Source: an uncultured virus (IMG/VR IMGVR_UViG_3300036852_000709) (Duplodnaviria > Heunggongvirae > Uroviricota > Caudoviricetes). Taken from it: a stretch of 60,521 nt of DNA. Under the pieces are notes generated by a model that saw only the letters and a program-made list of their open reading frames with translations, was not told the DNA's origin and searched no databases. The first letter of the stretch is position 1; every line of letters starts with the position of its first letter. The position numbers and the translations under genes are program-made. Below, in pieces: positions 29,286 to 40,597 of this stretch. The stretch lies in the IMG/VR virus record IMGVR_UViG_3300036852_000709. One strand, 5' to 3'.

Positions 29286-29800
29286 TGCCCGACTACGCCG
29301 CCGCGCTTCTTTCCGGACGCACGGAGACACCTCGCGCGATCGAAGCCCGCACAGAGGTCGAGACCATCATCTCCGAGATGTGCGCTGCTGTCTCGAAAGA
29401 ACTGGGCCGCGCTGTGATGGTCATGCTCACCGGCTCGGAACTTCGCGCGAGATTCGGATTTGCCTCGCTTGCGGAAGACCAGGGGCGCGTCTACATCCTG
29501 CGCTCGGACTGGGAGCGCGCACGCGACATGCCCCACGTGCACGGCGTCGAGGTGCTCACGTACCACCGCACCGACGTGGGCTACCCCGTGCATCTGTCAT
29601 GGCTCGACGGGGTTGAAGACGCGTGCAGGGGCAGGCGTGACCCACCCGCTGCGCCACCAGACGGGCGCGCGCTCTCATCGATGGAGTCCATGGATCGTGG
29701 GCTCGAGGCCTCGCTCGCTCGTGGGCTTCGTCGCCACCAGGTCAACGCTCGCATCTGGCGCACGGTCAAGGAGTTCGCGGCAGAAAGACCGCGGTCATGA
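29285..29800 (+). CDS. hypothetical protein between terL and portal
   Basis: 171-aa ORF. Confidence 0.65.
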   Translation: MPDYAAALLSGRTETPRAIEARTEVETIISEMCAAVSKELGRAVMVMLTGSELRARFGFASLAEDQGRVYILRSDWERARDMPHVHGVEVLTYHRTDVGYPVHLSWLDGVEDACRGRRDPPAAPPDGRALSSMESMDRGLEASLARGLRRHQVNARIWRTVKEFAAERPRS

Positions 29801-31711
29801 CTTGGTAGCCTCGTAATAGCATCTGGCGTACTCTTCCTCGCCGTGACGTTTTCGGAAGGCCGCGATTCGTTCGGCTGGCCAACTGTCGCCATAGCGAGGC
29901 TCCGCCCAAGTTCGGCCTAGCAGGTACTTGATCCAATTTACACGGCCGATCGCACGGGCGTTATCCGATCGACGGAGCCGCCTAGCACGTTGCGCGCCAG
30001 TATCCACTGTCCGTGTATCGGATGGATCCGAGGTCATAGCTGCCATGTTATGCAGATGCGTATCGATGACGCGCTGCTCAGAAAGCACAACCCCGCATTG
30101 CCATAGGTCGGCATCTTCCGGCGGAATCTCGTAGGCGATCACAGGTCGTGCTCCACGGCATACACGAAACCTCCGATCCGCTCCTTGCGGCACGTTGGAC
30201 AGCCGCACGCGACCACCTTTAAAGGCCAAACAGATCGACGGTGCGACGCGGCGATCAGTCTGAGCAGGAACACCGTCACGTACTCAGCGGGTGTCATGGC
30301 GTCACCGGAGCCGCAAGGCCTTCAAGCGGGTCGCCAAGCCCCTGAGCAATGCACCGCCGCCGAAGTTCTTCCGCCTTGAGTAGGTACGGCGCAGACACCC
30401 GTGCTGCCTCTTCGTCATTAGGCCTGAACGCCACCTCACCGATCGCGCGCCTCTGGACGGCCAGATATCGAAGAGACGCGTCCTTGTCGATCTCCTGGCC
30501 TTGGCGATACTCTCGCCAGATCGCATCCCGCATTGGTTTGCGCAGGCTGAACCAGCATGGGCGACACATAAACATGGCTGGCGGAACGCGTGCTCTGCAG
30601 CCGTGGGCGTGGCACGTGTGACTCATGATTCCTCCTTGCTACGCGGTACACCACCAGGACATTTCGTCGGGAAGCGAAGCGCGGTCACGCCCATAGCCTC
30701 CGCGATGTCGACCAATTCCGCGTCATCGATGTCCACAAGGTTCACCACATGCCATCCATCAGGCGCGTTGTGTGGCATCACAGAGCCGTCGTCGAATAGC
30801 AAAAGGTCTGTCTGGTGGCAGACGGAGCACGTTCCATGTGGGAACTCGGAGACGGGATCGAACCCAGGTGATGGTGGCGGACAAGGAACAGATTTAACGT
30901 TCTTCACCATGCCCCCATGTCTGTGAATTGAGGATAGGCGCCACGTAAACGCAGGACGATAGCTGCTTGCCGATCGCGTATGCCATTCTTCATCCAACCT
31001 GGATGGTCCCGCCACGACAATGCTCGCGAGTTGGTCGGTGCTGCGCCAGCAGCAATACTTCACCTTCTTGGCGTCCGTCACTTCCGAACCTCCACGGCAC
31101 ACGCATCAAGCGTGAAGTCGAAGTCGACCGTGAACCGTCGCTCTGGTTTTGATGGGTTGTCTGGCTCGCGCACGTTGATATCGATTTCGTCGAATTGCCC
31201 ATCGGACCACCACCTGTCCTTGCCGAACCGCTCGGCTGCCTTGCCCGCATACGGCGCCTCTACTTTGGCGCCCACCCCGCCATCGACCCAACAGAAGAAC
31301 CTCACCCCGCGTGGTAGCGCAATCACTTAACAGCTCTCAGGCGACCTCGGTTTGGACGAGCCATAGCCGAGGCGTGCCGAAAACAAACCCACGCTTCGCC
31401 GCCCACGGACGGAACGTTGCCCATGCCGCGCGTGCTCGTTGGTGGGCCTCGCGATACTCTGGCACATCAAGGAATCCATCAAGCTGGAAGCCTGTGTCGA
31501 GGTCGGGCACGCCGTCCTTCCCACTGGCCCCGACCGCAACCCAGAAACCGATCACGTCGTAATTCTTCGTGTCGCCGTGCGGATGATCTGGTCGAGGCCC
31601 GCGTCCTGCCTTGTATTTGTCGAGGAGGTCGTACAATCCGCCATCTCCCAGGCTTGCTGCATGGCCGCTCGCGTCCACGCCAAGAATCACCGCATGCGTC
31701 ATCTGTCCCAT
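29795..31711 (-). other. antisense block B (5 genes)
   Basis: 29795-30229, 30294-30626, 30623-31102, 31078-31326, 31337-31711. Confidence 0.7.
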
Positions 31712-31735
31712 AGCGTTCTCCGCACCTCCGCATAT

Positions 31736-31763
31736 AACTTAACCACGGCTGGCGCTTGAGCAA
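31736..31763 (-). promoter_or_regulatory. block B promoter
   Basis: TTGCTC-N16-(TGGT)TAAGTT, then GGAGG. Confidence 0.7.
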
Positions 31764-33606
31764 CAACGGCATCGACCAAGCCGCGTACGAGCGCGCGCAA
31801 CGGATCCTCGCGGCGAACCTGTCGCCCAGGTACACGGAACTTGGCCGGCTCAAGTCCTACGTCATCGGGAATCAGTACAACGGTCGCCCGTCGTGGTGGA
31901 AAGACGATGTGCCGCTGCTGGAGCGCGCCCCATGCGTGCAGTACCCGATTGCCGCGCGCGCGGTGGACAGCAACGTTGACCTCGTGCTCGGCGATGGGCG
32001 CTGGCCAACGATCACGTCTCACCCGGGCGAGGACGACACAGCGTTCGACGACGCCTTCGGCCTGAGCGAGGATGAGTCGAAAGATCTTGACCGGTTCGTA
32101 AAGGGGCTCGTCGAGCACGCGCGGCTTCAATCCGCATGCGATGAACTGCTCACCGAGGGGCAATCGTCACGGACGGCGGTGGCGATCTGCTACGTGCGCG
32201 ACGGCTGCATCAAGGTCGAGAGCATCGAGGCGAAAACAGCAACGCCCGCGTTCTCGGAGACGAACCCTGGTGAGGTGCTCAGCCTCGAGATCAAGTACCC
32301 GTACCTCGATCGGTTCTACGACGACGAGCGGCGTTGCTGGTCGTTCCGCGTGCTCATGTACCGCCGGGTGATCGATGCGGACAAGGACGTTGTGTTCGAG
32401 CCTGTCCTCGCGAACGAGCATGGGCAGGACATCACTCCGTCGATGTGGCGCCCGAAAAAGAACGGCACCGTCGAGCACAACCTAGGTTTTTGCCCCGTCA
32501 TCTGGCATCGTTTCCGCCCTCGCACTGGCGACGTATCGAGCATCGACGGACGCGCCATTCACGAGCAGGTGCTCAATGAAATCGATGCTGTCAACCGGTC
32601 ATGGTCGCAGCATCACCGAGCGGCGTTGTACGCTGGCGATCCACAGATCATCGAGATAGGCGTTGAGGATGGCGACGTTACCGCACCGACCGGACGTCAG
32701 CCAAACCCACAAGCGTTTCAGCACGGCGACCCAGAAGCGAACCTAGCCTATGGCGGCGGCAATGTCCGCGGTGTTGCATACAGCGAGGTAGCTCGCAAGC
32801 GAGGCGCTGGGACCATTTGGCGCTACGCCAATCCGAACAGCAAGGTCGAGTACCTGGTGCTTCCAGAAGGCGCGCTCGCGACGCTGAAGGACGACGGTGA
32901 ACGTGTCCTCGAACTTCTGAAGGAGGCGCTTGCGGTCGTGTTCATCGACCCAGCGAACACGAAGATCAGCGGAGACATCTCTGGGCGTGCGCTTGAGATC
33001 CTGCACAAAAAGCAGATCGAGCGGTGTGACAAGATCCGCGGCGACTTCGGGGACAACTGTCTCCTCCCGCTCGTACACATGCTCCTGCGCATGGTGTACG
33101 TCGTCGCGAAGCGGGGGGACATGCTCTACATCCCAGGCATCAAGACCATCATGCCCGTGCTCACGAAGTTCGCCGCGATGGTCAAGGGGGACGCGGGCAA
33201 CGACAACGCGCGGTGGTTCAAGCCGTACATCAAACTGATGTGGGGGCCGTACTTCCGCGCGACGTCAACGGACGCGAAGCTCGACCACGAGATGGTGACC
33301 CTGGGAATCGACAAGATGTTGATCACCAAGGAGTCCGCGGTTCGAAAACTCGCGCCGCATTACCCGGATATCAGCGACGTCCCGCAGTACCTCGAGACGC
33401 TAGAGGCCGAGGAAGAGGAGCGCACGGCGAAGATGCACGACGCTCAGGTGGCATTGATGGGCGGCGAAGCGCCGGGCGATGCTGTCGAGCCGGAGGACAG
33501 TGCGCAGGTTGCTCAGGAGCCTGGCGCTTCGAAGCGCCACACGGCACAGCGCGGCAAGCCCAAACCCGTAGCGCCAGGGTTCCGCAAGCGATTCAAGGCG
33601 GCGTAG
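31756..33606 (+). CDS. portal protein
   Basis: 616 aa after TerL; EHNLGFCPVIW, ISGRALEIL SPP1-like motifs. Confidence 0.85.
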   Translation: MSNNGIDQAAYERAQRILAANLSPRYTELGRLKSYVIGNQYNGRPSWWKDDVPLLERAPCVQYPIAARAVDSNVDLVLGDGRWPTITSHPGEDDTAFDDAFGLSEDESKDLDRFVKGLVEHARLQSACDELLTEGQSSRTAVAICYVRDGCIKVESIEAKTATPAFSETNPGEVLSLEIKYPYLDRFYDDERRCWSFRVLMYRRVIDADKDVVFEPVLANEHGQDITPSMWRPKKNGTVEHNLGFCPVIWHRFRPRTGDVSSIDGRAIHEQVLNEIDAVNRSWSQHHRAALYAGDPQIIEIGVEDGDVTAPTGRQPNPQAFQHGDPEANLAYGGGNVRGVAYSEVARKRGAGTIWRYANPNSKVEYLVLPEGALATLKDDGERVLELLKEALAVVFIDPANTKISGDISGRALEILHKKQIERCDKIRGDFGDNCLLPLVHMLLRMVYVVAKRGDMLYIPGIKTIMPVLTKFAAMVKGDAGNDNARWFKPYIKLMWGPYFRATSTDAKLDHEMVTLGIDKMLITKESAVRKLAPHYPDISDVPQYLETLEAEEEERTAKMHDAQVALMGGEAPGDAVEPEDSAQVAQEPGASKRHTAQRGKPKPVAPGFRKRFKAA

Positions 33607-33771
33607 GCACGGTTCGCCAGTCGACTACCAGGACATCGGATACCGACGTAAGAAACGGCACCGCGAGCCGGTGTGAACGTCACGAAGTAATGACTGTCGT
33701 CACCTCGTGCCACACGAGCACCATCACAAGCAACAAACATTCAAGAGGGCTCTGCGCCTCAGACAAGACGC

Positions 33772-34865
33772 TCATCCGCGAGGCTCCCAGGTTGTAGGCT
33801 CTTTGCCTGTCAGCTCCACAATCTCACCGTAGGAGAATCCTCCGCGTTCCGCGATCCGATCTGCCGTTTGGCCGCTTGAATACTTGAGATCGTATCTACC
33901 CCACACCATTAGGTGCTCGGTCCATGAAATGGTGCCAGGCCCTTTGCCACAGCGCTCGCTTCGTTGAACAGGAGCGCGTCTGCCGCAAATGCACGTGGGA
34001 CAATGGATCTCGCTCATCCTGCCTCCTTCAGCACGGCGCGGAGCCGGGCAACAGCCGCGCTGGCCTTTGCGGACATAGGCGCCTGGTTCGTCCACCAATC
34101 AAGCGCTTCCTCCAAGGCGTCGGCGAGTCTTCTGGCTTGCAGCATGGTCGACCATTCCAATTCGTTCGGCAGAGGACCAAGCCGATCCGCGGTGTCTCTC
34201 AGGCGCTTCTCCCTCGGTCCCATCATTCATTGCCCTTCAAGACACCACGAAGCCGATCAATCACGAGCGAGGCAGATGGCGGATCGAATGGCTCGTCGAA
34301 GCAAAGCGACCACTCGGCGAGCGCTTCCTCAAGAGCGTCGGCGAGCCGCGCTGCTCGGAGTTCGGCGCGCAACTCGCGGGCACGGCCCTCAGCGCCATTA
34401 AGCAGATTCTCCCTCGGCCCCATCACTTCTCCCTGAATTCGCCAGGAATTGACTCGCCGCAAGCCTTGTACTCCATGCCCATCTGATGATGGTGCGCCCC
34501 CAGGAGACGATCCAGTCCAGCCACCCGTTCTCTAATGCCGATCATGGCCGCAACGTGCTCGTCAGACCAGTGGCGCTGCACCGACTCGGCAAGTATAAAT
34601 AAGCATTCGAACACGGTTGTGCTCAGAATCGTCAGTTCCGACAATAGTTCATCACGGGCTTTGTTGGTCGGTTCCGCCATCATTTCTCCTTTGGCCATGT
34701 GGCGTCCATCAATTCGTTGAGCATTTGGATGATCTCCTCGACGTTCTCGCGGGTAGAACCGAGCATGATCTGTTTGTTATACGGCAAGGCCTCCAACTTT
34801 GCGGAGTCATTGCCTGCCACGAACACCCGAATAATTCCGTCCTTAGTCGTCGCGTCATACGCCAT
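33772..34865 (-). other. antisense block C (5 genes)
   Basis: 33772-34017, 34014-34226, 34223-34423, 34423-34683, 34680-34865. Confidence 0.7.
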
Positions 34866-34871
34866 CTTCGT

Positions 34872-34900
34872 ACCATAACCACGCATGCCAGCATTCGCAA
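34872..34900 (-). promoter_or_regulatory. block C promoter
   Basis: TTGCGA-N17-(TGGT)TATGGT-N6-ATG. Confidence 0.8.
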
Positions 34901-35385
34901 CAGCCTCCCCGCTTACACCTGCTAGCCTCGATGCGATCATCGCTGATCTGCAGCTACGCACGGTGGAAGCGATCGACCTGTACAACGCGGCCAGGGTTGC
35001 ACACTGGAACGTGCGCGGCATGTCGTTCGGCCCATTGCATGACCTGTTTGGCAAGGTGGCCAACGGGTTATCCGATCACGCCGACACGCTCGCCGAAAGG
35101 GCCGTCGCGCTTGGCGGAATTGTCGATGCCGATAGCCGTGCCATCGCCGAGGGCTCGACGCTGACGGAGTATCCCAAGGACCTGAGCAATGGCGAGGATC
35201 ACTGCCGAGCGCTGTTCGCGATGATGCGCGAGTACGTGGCCAACCTGTACGCCTCGGCGAAGGACATCGACGACGCGGGCGATCCGATGACGTTCGACGT
35301 CATCACGGGAGTCGTTCTAGACGTCGAGAAACTCGCGTGGATGATCGGCGCACATGTGGATGACAAGACGCCAGAGCGTGGTTAG
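34885..35385 (+). CDS. dps: Dps family ferritin-like protein
   Basis: HWNVRGMSFGPLHDLF, DTLAERAVALGG. Confidence 0.88.
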   Translation: MPAFATASPLTPASLDAIIADLQLRTVEAIDLYNAARVAHWNVRGMSFGPLHDLFGKVANGLSDHADTLAERAVALGGIVDADSRAIAEGSTLTEYPKDLSNGEDHCRALFAMMREYVANLYASAKDIDDAGDPMTFDVITGVVLDVEKLAWMIGAHVDDKTPERG

Positions 35386-35388
35386 CCT
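35360..35388 (+). promoter_or_regulatory. promoter, TGGT-TANNNT class
   Basis: ATGACA-N17-TAGCCT-N6-ATG 35395. Confidence 0.6.
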
Positions 35389-35394
35389 GCTTGT

Positions 35395-35936
35395 ATGGGA
35401 CGAGCGCCATTCGACACGACGCGGCTGGACGAGGAATGCGAGCGCGTTGCTCATGAGTTATCGGGGCCAGAAATGGCGTGGGGCCGGTGGTCAGGCGAGG
35501 TGGTCAACGCGAATCCGACTGAAGCCATAAAACGCTTGCCCATCCCGCGGTTCGAGGACGTGCATCGCGGCGCAGCGGTTGAGGCTCTAGAATGCGCGAC
35601 GGTGGAGCCGCCGTGCCTTCATCGAAGCCTGCGCGAGGCTGAGTTTAGGCCAGTGTGCGAGCAGTGCGAAGCCGAGCGGAGTCAAGGATGAATAACCGGT
35701 CTCGCGTTATCTGGGGCGTCGACGCAGCGAAAACTCAAGATATCAACGAGAAGCGTTTCGCGGACATGTGGGCGTCGCTCGAGACCTTCTACGAGAAGAC
35801 TCACACCTCTGGCGTTGTAACTCGATTCTCGTCCCGTCGAGATCTGTCGCCTGCCGATGTCACAACGGCACATGAGCGACTAGGGCGAGCGAGAACAGAG
35901 CATTCTCTCGTTTGGAGAACGCATCTCCTCGTGTGA
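35395..35936 (+). other. two hypothetical genes
   Basis: 35395-35691 and 35688-35936. Confidence 0.55.
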
Positions 35937-35942
35937 CCGACC

Positions 35943-36662
35943 TTGCCTGACGTCCACGAAGCCACAGCCGCCGCGCTGCTCGACGTAGAGCGCCGTGCCA
36001 TATTCGCGATTCGTTCGGTAATCCAAACGACACCGAAGTCCGGGCCGATGATTGCTGTGTCGCGCGATCTTGGGGCGGTCGTTGCGGATGTGCTCCACCG
36101 TGCGCGAGGTGCTGCACGGCAGACGTCAACCGAGCGGCTACGTGCCGAATGGGACGCGGCGCTTGCAGACGCTTCAAGGCTTGGCTTTGCGGTCGACGGG
36201 GGCCCCGTGCCTGCCAAGATGCCGGCGGATGCCGACAGGCTCGCCTCTGAGCGCACAGCAAGGCTCTATACGGACAGTCTGCTCAAGGACCTCGAGCGCG
36301 CGGTGGACAACGAAGAACGCGTGACCATGGCCGAGTTGGCCTCGAGGCAGGAGCGCGCAGTCGAGACCGCCGCCGCATGGGAGGTCGCGAGCGCGTTCAA
36401 TGACCAACGGCTGCGCAATGAGAAGGTCACGCGCCAGCAATACGAGGGCCGCAACTGGCTGCCCGTCATGGTCGCCACGTGGGACGCGCGGCTCGACGTG
36501 CGAACATGCCCGCGATGCCGCAAACTAGACGGCGAGACTCGCCCACTCGGGCTGGATTTCGAAGGCGGCGTTGCACCTGGTAAGATTCACGCGAAGTGTC
36601 GCTGCGTCCGCGGGCTCATCGCGTCGCTCATCTACATAGGCAGGAAAGAGAAGGTTGCGTGA
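35943..36662 (+). CDS. head morphogenesis protein (Mu gpF/SPP1 gp7-like)
   Basis: WDARLDVRTCPRCRKLDG...HAKCRC. Confidence 0.8.
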   Translation: MPDVHEATAAALLDVERRAIFAIRSVIQTTPKSGPMIAVSRDLGAVVADVLHRARGAARQTSTERLRAEWDAALADASRLGFAVDGGPVPAKMPADADRLASERTARLYTDSLLKDLERAVDNEERVTMAELASRQERAVETAAAWEVASAFNDQRLRNEKVTRQQYEGRNWLPVMVATWDARLDVRTCPRCRKLDGETRPLGLDFEGGVAPGKIHAKCRCVRGLIASLIYIGRKEKVA

Positions 36663-36991
36663 GTTTTGGGGAGGTTAGCAAAGGCGTATCGATCGTCGAT
36701 TGGTACCGCAACCTCGAAGACCACGATCGGCAAACGATGACGTGCCTTGTCGACAGCAACTACATGGCCGCGCTCGAGTTTGCCGCTTGGTGCGTTGAGC
36801 ACGGGACGCCGATGTTTTCGGTGGATGTGGGGCGGTGTTGACCGTGGGTCTCTTTAATGACTGCATGCATTCGACCGAGCGAGAGCACGCGATGGTCGAC
36901 TGCGCTTGGTGCGGGGCTGTGAAGTCCGTGAACAGTCGATCATGCGCTGGCGGTTGGGCTACGATCCTGTGCATGGAGTGTCGCGAGACGA

Positions 36992-37914
36992 TCACCCACG
37001 ATACGGACTGCCAGTCGTCGGCGCGTTCCGCTTGTCATACTCGGCGCACATCGCGTCAGCAATCTCCGCTGCGGTGATGGCAAACCTAATACGTGCGTCC
37101 TTGGGCTCTTCCCCCGGCATGCACAGCAGTTGTCCCCAATCTCGTGCCGTCATGCACGAGATATAAAACGTCGCCCACATTGCGTGAATCATTGGTTCAT
37201 CGGTCCTCGTTCAACGCGGCACAGGTAGGAGTCAGACCGTTGCGCGCTAGCAGTCTCGTAGAACGTCTCAGCCTCAGCATGGTTATCAAACACAGCGAAC
37301 GTTGTGAGGCCCTGTCCATCGTCGCGAAGGATGAACACCAGCCACTGGTTTGCATGCTGGTCAGGCGTTAGCCGAACCAGCGACTCCGCTGCCTCCATCA
37401 TTGTGTCGACCGCATGATCATAGATGTGAGCGGTGGCGAGCACCTTCTTTGCCCACTCCAACTCGTCAGGCTCGATGCCCAGATATGCGAGGATGCTTTC
37501 CTCACTCATTGGTTCCTCGGTCATTCGAGGCGGAAAGAAGATCGTCCGCCAGGCGTAAGACCGCGCCAGGTGCAGCGCGATACGCCCGTGCTGCGCTCAA
37601 CACGCGCTTCGCCCACGGGATCTCGTCGGCGGTGATGCCAAGGTAGGAGAGCGCTAGGTTAAAGCCGAACGCAGGGTCGCACACGTGGATACCACTGTCG
37701 CTCATGGCCGCACCCGCGCCAAAAGATCGGCAACGATCTTCCGCGCCGCGTCGTTGACAGCGGGGCGAAACTCGTCAGACGCGAGCAGTTCCTTTATGGC
37801 CTGAAGGACGGCCAGGGCACTCGCGCAAGAGTCCACTTGCTCCTTCAAGTACTCGATCTCCGAGTCGGCTATGTGCGCTGCGCGAGCCATCGCATTCATC
37901 AATTCGCTATCCAT
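36992..37914 (-). other. antisense block D (4 genes)
   Basis: 36992-37192, 37189-37524, 37502-37705, 37702-37914. Confidence 0.7.
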
Positions 37915-37920
37915 CAACCA

Positions 37921-37949
37921 AAGGTAACCACCAACATGATGCCCATCAA
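37921..37949 (-). promoter_or_regulatory. block D promoter
   Basis: TTGATG-N17-(TGGT)TACCTT-N6-ATG. Confidence 0.75.
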
Positions 37950-38052
37950 GCCCTCCGCGAAGTCACCCCCGAAGATGCCCAAGCAAATGCCGCCCGTGAA
38001 GGCTAAGCCCGTCCAGCCGAAGCCTGTCGTCAAGGGCAAGAAGGGCAAGTGA
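37936..38052 (+). CDS. 38-aa Lys/Pro-rich basic peptide
   Basis: MMPIKPSAKSPPKMPKQMPPVKAKPVQPKPVVKGKKGK; stop 1 nt before next start. Confidence 0.65.
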   Translation: MMPIKPSAKSPPKMPKQMPPVKAKPVQPKPVVKGKKGK

Positions 38053-38053
38053 C

Positions 38054-38962
38054 GTGGCTACCACAATCGTAATTCCGGCTGACGCTACACTCGGCGCGTA
38101 TAGCGATGAGGTCTCCACAGACCTGTTCAACAAGGGCAATCCTGACCCGCGCGTGGCGAACGCGCTGATTGACCTGGCTACCACCGCCTCCACGGACATC
38201 AACGCGCTGCAGGCTGGCACGTCGATTACGGGTGTCAACGGCACAACGATCGCCGCTGGCGGTTCGCTAACGACGGGGCAGGTTCTACGCGCAACTGGCG
38301 CTGCCGCTGCGGGATGGGGCGCAGTCAACCTCGCCGCCGCGGCGGCCGTGACGGGCGTGCTCCCGACCGCCAACATCGCGACGGCGACGTCGGGCGCGAC
38401 AGGAGCAGTCCAACTCGCTGGCGATCTCGCGGGCACCGGCTCGGCTGCGGCGACTCCGCGAGTAAGCGGCATCAATAGCGCGACGGTCCCTGCCGGCGGT
38501 GCTTTGACCACGGGCAATGTGCTCCAAGTCACGGGCGCATCTGCCCTTGGGTATGCAGCACTAAATCTCGGTGGTGGCGCAGGCTTCGTCACGGGCACGC
38601 TCCCAGGCGCGAGCGTCGCCGCTGCTGTCGCTGGGGTGTCCGCGGGCGTGGTCACCGCGGCGGACCAGACCCACATCAATTCGACGCCGACATTCCAGAG
38701 CGCAGCGAACACGTTGGCCTCAGGGACGAGGACCATCGCCACAGGCATCATCGTTGCCGCCGATAGCGAAGTCATAGCCTATCCAGACGGCGCGATCACA
38801 GGATCAACGAACTTCGGTTGCTTGCAGGAACTCCGGGCGTCGCGCGTGAACGGCGGACTTGGGGTCGGCCAGGTTGTCATTCAGGCTGTTGGGAATGACG
38901 GGCTCATCGACGCGGACGCCGCTGGCGCGTTCCACGTCGTCATCCTCACGCCGCACGCGTAA
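38054..38962 (+). CDS. Ala/Gly/Thr-rich structural (fibre/decoration-like) protein with internal repeat
   Basis: two copies of GxN..T..AGG.LTTG.VL..TGA. Confidence 0.65.
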   Translation: MATTIVIPADATLGAYSDEVSTDLFNKGNPDPRVANALIDLATTASTDINALQAGTSITGVNGTTIAAGGSLTTGQVLRATGAAAAGWGAVNLAAAAAVTGVLPTANIATATSGATGAVQLAGDLAGTGSAAATPRVSGINSATVPAGGALTTGNVLQVTGASALGYAALNLGGGAGFVTGTLPGASVAAAVAGVSAGVVTAADQTHINSTPTFQSAANTLASGTRTIATGIIVAADSEVIAYPDGAITGSTNFGCLQELRASRVNGGLGVGQVVIQAVGNDGLIDADAAGAFHVVILTPHA

Positions 38963-39627
38963 TGATCTGCTCAGCATGCGGGCATAATGGACATCCGACG
39001 CGGAAGGGGCGCAACGTCCCCGCGTGCATGGGGTGCGGCGAGCGCGTGCTCGGCGTCGAGCATATCGAGCGCAGGCACTCATGTCCATGCGGGCACACTG
39101 GGCATCTAAAGTCCGTTCTGACGTTCATGACGGTGTGTGCTCAATGCGGCGGTGGGCTGCCAGATGATGCGGATGAGCGGCCCGACTTCGTTGAGAGCGA
39201 CGAGTCGGCAGCGGCACTACCTATCGTTCAGCCCAAGCGCCTACCTGCAGCACCAGGCCTATTGGATGCGATCGGCGCAGTGCGGGAGCGCCTTGCTTAT
39301 GTCCACGGACGCATAACCGAGCTGCGCGTGTTCGAATCCGAGGCGCGTAAGCTCGAAGCGATGATCGCCGCCGTCGAATCAATCGACATGGCGGCGGAGT
39401 AAACTATGAAACAATGCATACCTTGCGGTAACCGAGTGGCCGATACAGAGGCCACGTGCCCGGCGTGCGGGGAGGCTTCCTGGCTACATTTGGAGCCATC
39501 GGTCACGTCGTATCGAACGCCTGCTCAGCCGATCGCGTTCGAGGCCAATGACCACGCCGTCCTGCCCGAAGCACCGGAACCGGCGCACCCGCAGGCTCAC
39601 GCCCATACCAGAAGCCGAAGGCGATGA
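38962..39627 (+). other. two Zn-ribbon proteins
   Basis: 38962-39402 (multiple CxxC), 39406-39627 (CIPC...CPAC). Confidence 0.6.
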
Positions 39628-40070
39628 GCGAGCAGCGGCTTATAACCGCGACGTCGCCAGCCGAGGCAAGCACGGTGGTCGGTGCCATTGCGGCACGCCT
39701 CGATCAATTCGAGTCGATTCGTGTCGAGGCAACGCTGCTTGGTGCGATCGGCGGCGTGCTCGACGTGTATCTGCAATCGTGCTCCGACAAGGACGGCACG
39801 GTGTGGACGGACTACGCCCACTATCCGCAGATCTCGGCCGCAGCCGCTGCGGCAACCTACGTGTTCACCGCGGCGAGGTCGGGCCAGCAGTTGACCATGA
39901 CGGCCGCTGGAACCGGTGCCGCATTAACAGCAACGCCATCGCTTGCGGCGAACACCGTAATCGGCGGGGAGTTCGGCGATCGGCTGCGTGTCGTATTCGT
40001 GGCAGGCGTCGGAACAAGCGCTGGGGCACTTCAAACTATTCGCGTCGTGGGGACACTCGGGCGCGTGTAA
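39624..40070 (+). CDS. putative virion structural protein
   Basis: beta-rich ORF in head module. Confidence 0.6.
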   Translation: MSEQRLITATSPAEASTVVGAIAARLDQFESIRVEATLLGAIGGVLDVYLQSCSDKDGTVWTDYAHYPQISAAAAAATYVFTAARSGQQLTMTAAGTGAALTATPSLAANTVIGGEFGDRLRVVFVAGVGTSAGALQTIRVVGTLGRV

Positions 40071-40106
40071 ACACCGCGCGACCACGCGCGGCGGAGGTTC
40101 GATTAA

Positions 40107-40505
40107 ATGGCTCTTCTCGAAGCAACGCGGCTGTCGGTGTACAACCACTCGGCGCCCTACGGAATCCGCATGGACTCCGGCGACAAGAAACACTTCACGT
40201 GCCTCGTGTCGGGATACTTTTCCGGTACGTACGTACAGAACGACAACGCGCGGTTCACGGCGGTCACCACGGCCATCGCGGACAGCCTGCGTAATGGCGC
40301 AACGATCGCGCTTCTCGGCGCATGCTTTGCCGAGCAAGGTGATGAGGCCGGCACGGCAATCGGAGCTAAGACCGTAGCTGTCTCCGGCGCCAATATCACC
40401 ATGGAACTGACCGGTGCGGATATGAGCACCGAGCACGCTGGCGCGGCGCTGGGCACGATGAACGAGCCGATCGCGCTCTGCGTGACTTACTCGTCCACGC
40501 TGTAA
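40107..40505 (+). CDS. putative virion structural protein
   Basis: ORF upstream of scaffold. Confidence 0.6.
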   Translation: MALLEATRLSVYNHSAPYGIRMDSGDKKHFTCLVSGYFSGTYVQNDNARFTAVTTAIADSLRNGATIALLGACFAEQGDEAGTAIGAKTVAVSGANITMELTGADMSTEHAGAALGTMNEPIALCVTYSSTL

Positions 40506-40542
40506 CACCATCGCGCTCGCTCCGCGGCGACGAGCGATTATC

Positions 40543-40570
40543 ACCATAGCCGCACCTCCAAACGGGTCAC
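40543..40570 (-). promoter_or_regulatory. candidate antisense promoter with no cargo gene
   Basis: GTGACC-N16-(CGGC)TATGGT in intergenic gap. Confidence 0.4.
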
Positions 40571-40597
40571 GCGCCCGAAATCGCGTGTAGGAGACAC

